A stretch of 64,000 nt of DNA from Felis catus (lineage: Eukaryota): NCBI RefSeq assembly GCF_018350175.1, contig NC_058368.1, positions 144,710,001 through 144,774,000 of the forward strand, given 5' to 3'. The notes under the pieces are model-generated. The model worked only from the letters and a program-made list of their open reading frames with translations. It searched no databases and had not been told where the DNA came from. Shown one piece after another: positions 61,395-64,000 of the stretch. How positions within the stretch are numbered: the stretch's first letter is position 1; every line of letters begins with the position of its first letter. The translations under genes and the position numbers were made by a program.

Positions 61395-61523
61395 CCATCT
61401 TTGAGAGGCCTTCTTCGTGATACAAGTACTACCAAGTCTTTGGGTTTGTCACCATTCACTATAGGACAAGTGATATAATATATCTGATCACCTTCACTCA
61501 CCCAGTTTATGACTTCACAGGAC
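61395..61523 (-). CDS. ACOT12: ACOT12 exon (SCEVINWVSEGDQIYYITCPIVNGDKPKDLVVLVSRRRPLKDG)
   Basis: Minus strand acgtag|G...GAT GG|gtgagt; 129 nt; phases match both neighbours. Confidence 0.93.
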
Positions 61524-62402
61524 CTACGTAAATACAACAGTGAAAGAAAGGCCACACTTTTCTACCTGCTTGAATAAGGCATTCGCTTCTTTTGTTTATT
61601 TGTAAAACTTCATTACTGAGGTCCACATTCACTCTTCTGCTCACACAACTATCCTGCCAAAGCCAGCATTATTTCTCAAAGTCTGTCTTTAGAAAGCTGT
61701 TTGGCCAGCAGGAATAGTTATGCGTGTGATGGAGAGACTGGTGGGTGCCCAGTCACTGCCCTCAACACTTCAGAGAACAGCATTTATGGTTGTTTAACAC
61801 AAAATAATTTTTCTCTAGAATCAGGTAACAATATTTGAAGACTAGTGAATTGTTTGGATGTCAAGGAAGGACTCAGGTAAATGAATATGGTACACTGGAA
61901 AGAGTACTAAGTTCAGAGCCAAACATCTTTGTCTTTGAATCCCAGACACTTCATATCAATGTTATGTTAGGTAAGTCACTTTGTTTTTTTCATTTGTAAA
62001 ATTAAAACCCCATACCATGGGGTTATTGTGAGGATTAAATGAAAACACCTGGCCTGAATCACAGTAGGTACACAAGACAAGCAAGCATTCATTCATTCAT
62101 TCCTCCCTTCATTCGAGTTCAGTTTGGCTGGAATGTCAGGTGACATAGGAAATAGTAACACCAAAATTTAGGCATTGTTCTTGATAAAAGCTTTGTACCT
62201 ACAGAATATCTACAAATACTGATGCAAGAAAATCATGAAATATTTCCTCTTCTCTCAGAATGTTTTATCATGATAGCATTAACCATGAAGTATTATTCTG
62301 GCATCTATGCAAATGTAACACATGACCCCAAAGGTGTTTCACTTTAGTGATACTACATTGCCTCTTACATGGTATTAATCATAATCAGGTTTAGGCATTT
62401 TA

Positions 62403-62841
62403 TTTTATTTTAAAGTTTAATTTATTTTTGGGAGCGAGAGAGCAAGCAGGGGAGGAGCAGAGAGAGAGAAAGAGAGAGAGAGAATCCCAAGCAGGTTCCA
62501 TGCTGTCAGTGCAGAGCCCAATGTGGGGCTTGAACCCAAGAATCATGAGATCATGACCTGAGGCAAGATCAAGAGCTGGACATTTAACCGACTGAGCCAT
62601 CCAGGTGTCCCAGGTTTAGCCATTTTATTTTATTTTTAAATGTCTTCTTTGTTTTTGAGAGAGAGAGAAAGAGAGAGAAAACAAGTGGGGGAGGGGCAGA
62701 AAGAGAAGGGAACAGAGGATCCAAAGCAGGCTCTGTGCTGAGAGCAGAGAGCTTGATGTGGGGCTCTAACTCATGAACCCTGAAATCATGACCTGAGCCA
62801 AAGTCAGATGCTTAGCTGACTGAGCCACCCCAGTGCCCTCA
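62403..62841 (-). mobile_element. Two tandem Can-SINEs in ACOT12 intron sharing one target site
   Basis: AGGTTTAGNCATTTTA occurs three times, bracketing both copies. Confidence 0.9.
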
Positions 62842-63723
62842 AGGTTTAGTCATTTTAAAAATGAGCTTCTACTTCATCAAGATTAGGAAGTAAATGGTAA
62901 CGTTTAATAAATAGGAAGCCCATCTCACCAATCTTTCCCTTTCAGCAAGATGCCCAGTGAGGCCCTAGAGTGCTATATGTGGCCCCAGGAGCTGGAACTT
63001 CTTGGAGGAGGGGGTGTGGCCTGAGTGTAATCAGACCCAGTCGGTGCAGGTGCCTTGCAATCCAGGAAAGGAGCAAGAATGGAAGAGGCCGGATTGGGAT
63101 GCAGGAGACAGACAGTAACAGAAGGAAGAGACTGAGGCTGACAGTGGGCCCTGATCAGACAGGAAAAGCTGGCAGGAATGCCTTTGACTTCAGTTACTCA
63201 CACAGCTTCGTCTCAGCTTCTCACCAGGGAGTGCTGCTTCACAGAAAAAGAAGGAACCGCTAATTAAATATCCAGAGTGGAAAGTGGGAAGACAATTAGG
63301 TAATCACTTTCTCAAGTACACTGAAGCTGTGTGCAAGCGTGTGGAATTCAAAGCCTGATGGATCTGGGTTCCAATTTGGGTTCTGTTGCTTTCCTGCCTG
63401 TGCAATCTTGGCAAGTCTCAGAACCTCTCTCGTTGAGTGGGAATAATATCAAACTTGAAGAGTTTTTTGGGAGGAGTACAACAGATGTGGGTAAAGCACA
63501 TTAACTCAATATAAATGCTAAACGAAGTATTAAGAAAATTTTTGTTTTTACGTCTCTCAGTAGCACTTGATGCAGTTTTCTGTGCAGGGCAAGTTTTAAA
63601 ACATTCTCTTTAATTAATAAGCAAGGGGTCATACGCTGGGCAATGGAGATGGACTGCAACATGGAGGTCATCTTTTACATGAAGTCAGGGTTGCTTAAGA
63701 AAATACTTTAAATGTATTCTTAC

Positions 63724-63857
63724 ACGAAATGAGGGTCCCACAAAGGTCTCTTGGTAAAGTCAGACAGGAGATGGTAAGTCAAGTGTGCTGGTCTTTCCAC
63801 ATGCTTTTCAACCCAAACAGATAAAAGGTCATGCTCTTCCAGGGTGTATATTTTTAT
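63724..63857 (-). CDS. ACOT12: ACOT12 exon, START domain (IKIYTLEEHDLLSVWVEKHVERPAHLTYHLLSDFTKRPLWDPHF)
   Basis: Minus strand ttttag|ATA...TTC GT|gtaaga; 134 nt; RPLWDPHF START motif; translated by hand. Confidence 0.93.
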
Positions 63858-64000
63858 CTAAAATATAATAACAAGAAAAAATAAATTACAAAATAAAAAT
63901 GGATGTTTCCACTTTAAACACCACACACAGTCACAGGCTGATTGTGCTGGCCAAGGCATCTTGGCACCTGAATAACAATGAAGCCAAATGATGGCAATTT

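Overview
Mammalian genomic DNA, almost certainly felid (abundant carnivore tRNA-derived Can-SINEs of the cat type and young cat-type LINE-1s). Three protein-coding genes in the known mammalian order can be built exon by exon with GT-AG boundaries: the last six coding exons of CKMT2 (+, 161-15748), the complete ZCCHC9 gene (+, CpG-island promoter near 49.9 kb, CDS 51129-56087, 271 aa) and the last four coding exons of ACOT12 (-, 59287-63857). The rest is mostly retrotransposon. The most unusual signals are in the L1 architecture. (1) Two old, oppositely oriented L1s bracket the CKMT2 terminal exon and share a ~1.1-kb tract of private, apparently GC-biased mutations, suggesting concerted evolution. 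(2) An 8.7-kb nested composite sits in a SINE tail: a 5'-intact, internally deleted, 3'-truncated, tail-less L1 with a TSD lies antisense inside a full-length L1, and an ~880-bp ORF2 arm is nearly identical between the two, including shared stops and a frameshift. (3) There is a twin-primed L1 and a TSD-less L1 insertion with a fold-back junction. Smaller leads concern splicing and translation control: ZCCHC9 uORFs and acceptor choice, a candidate micro-exon, and an ACOT12 NAGNAG acceptor. No novel protein-coding gene is supported. All identities were estimated by eye.
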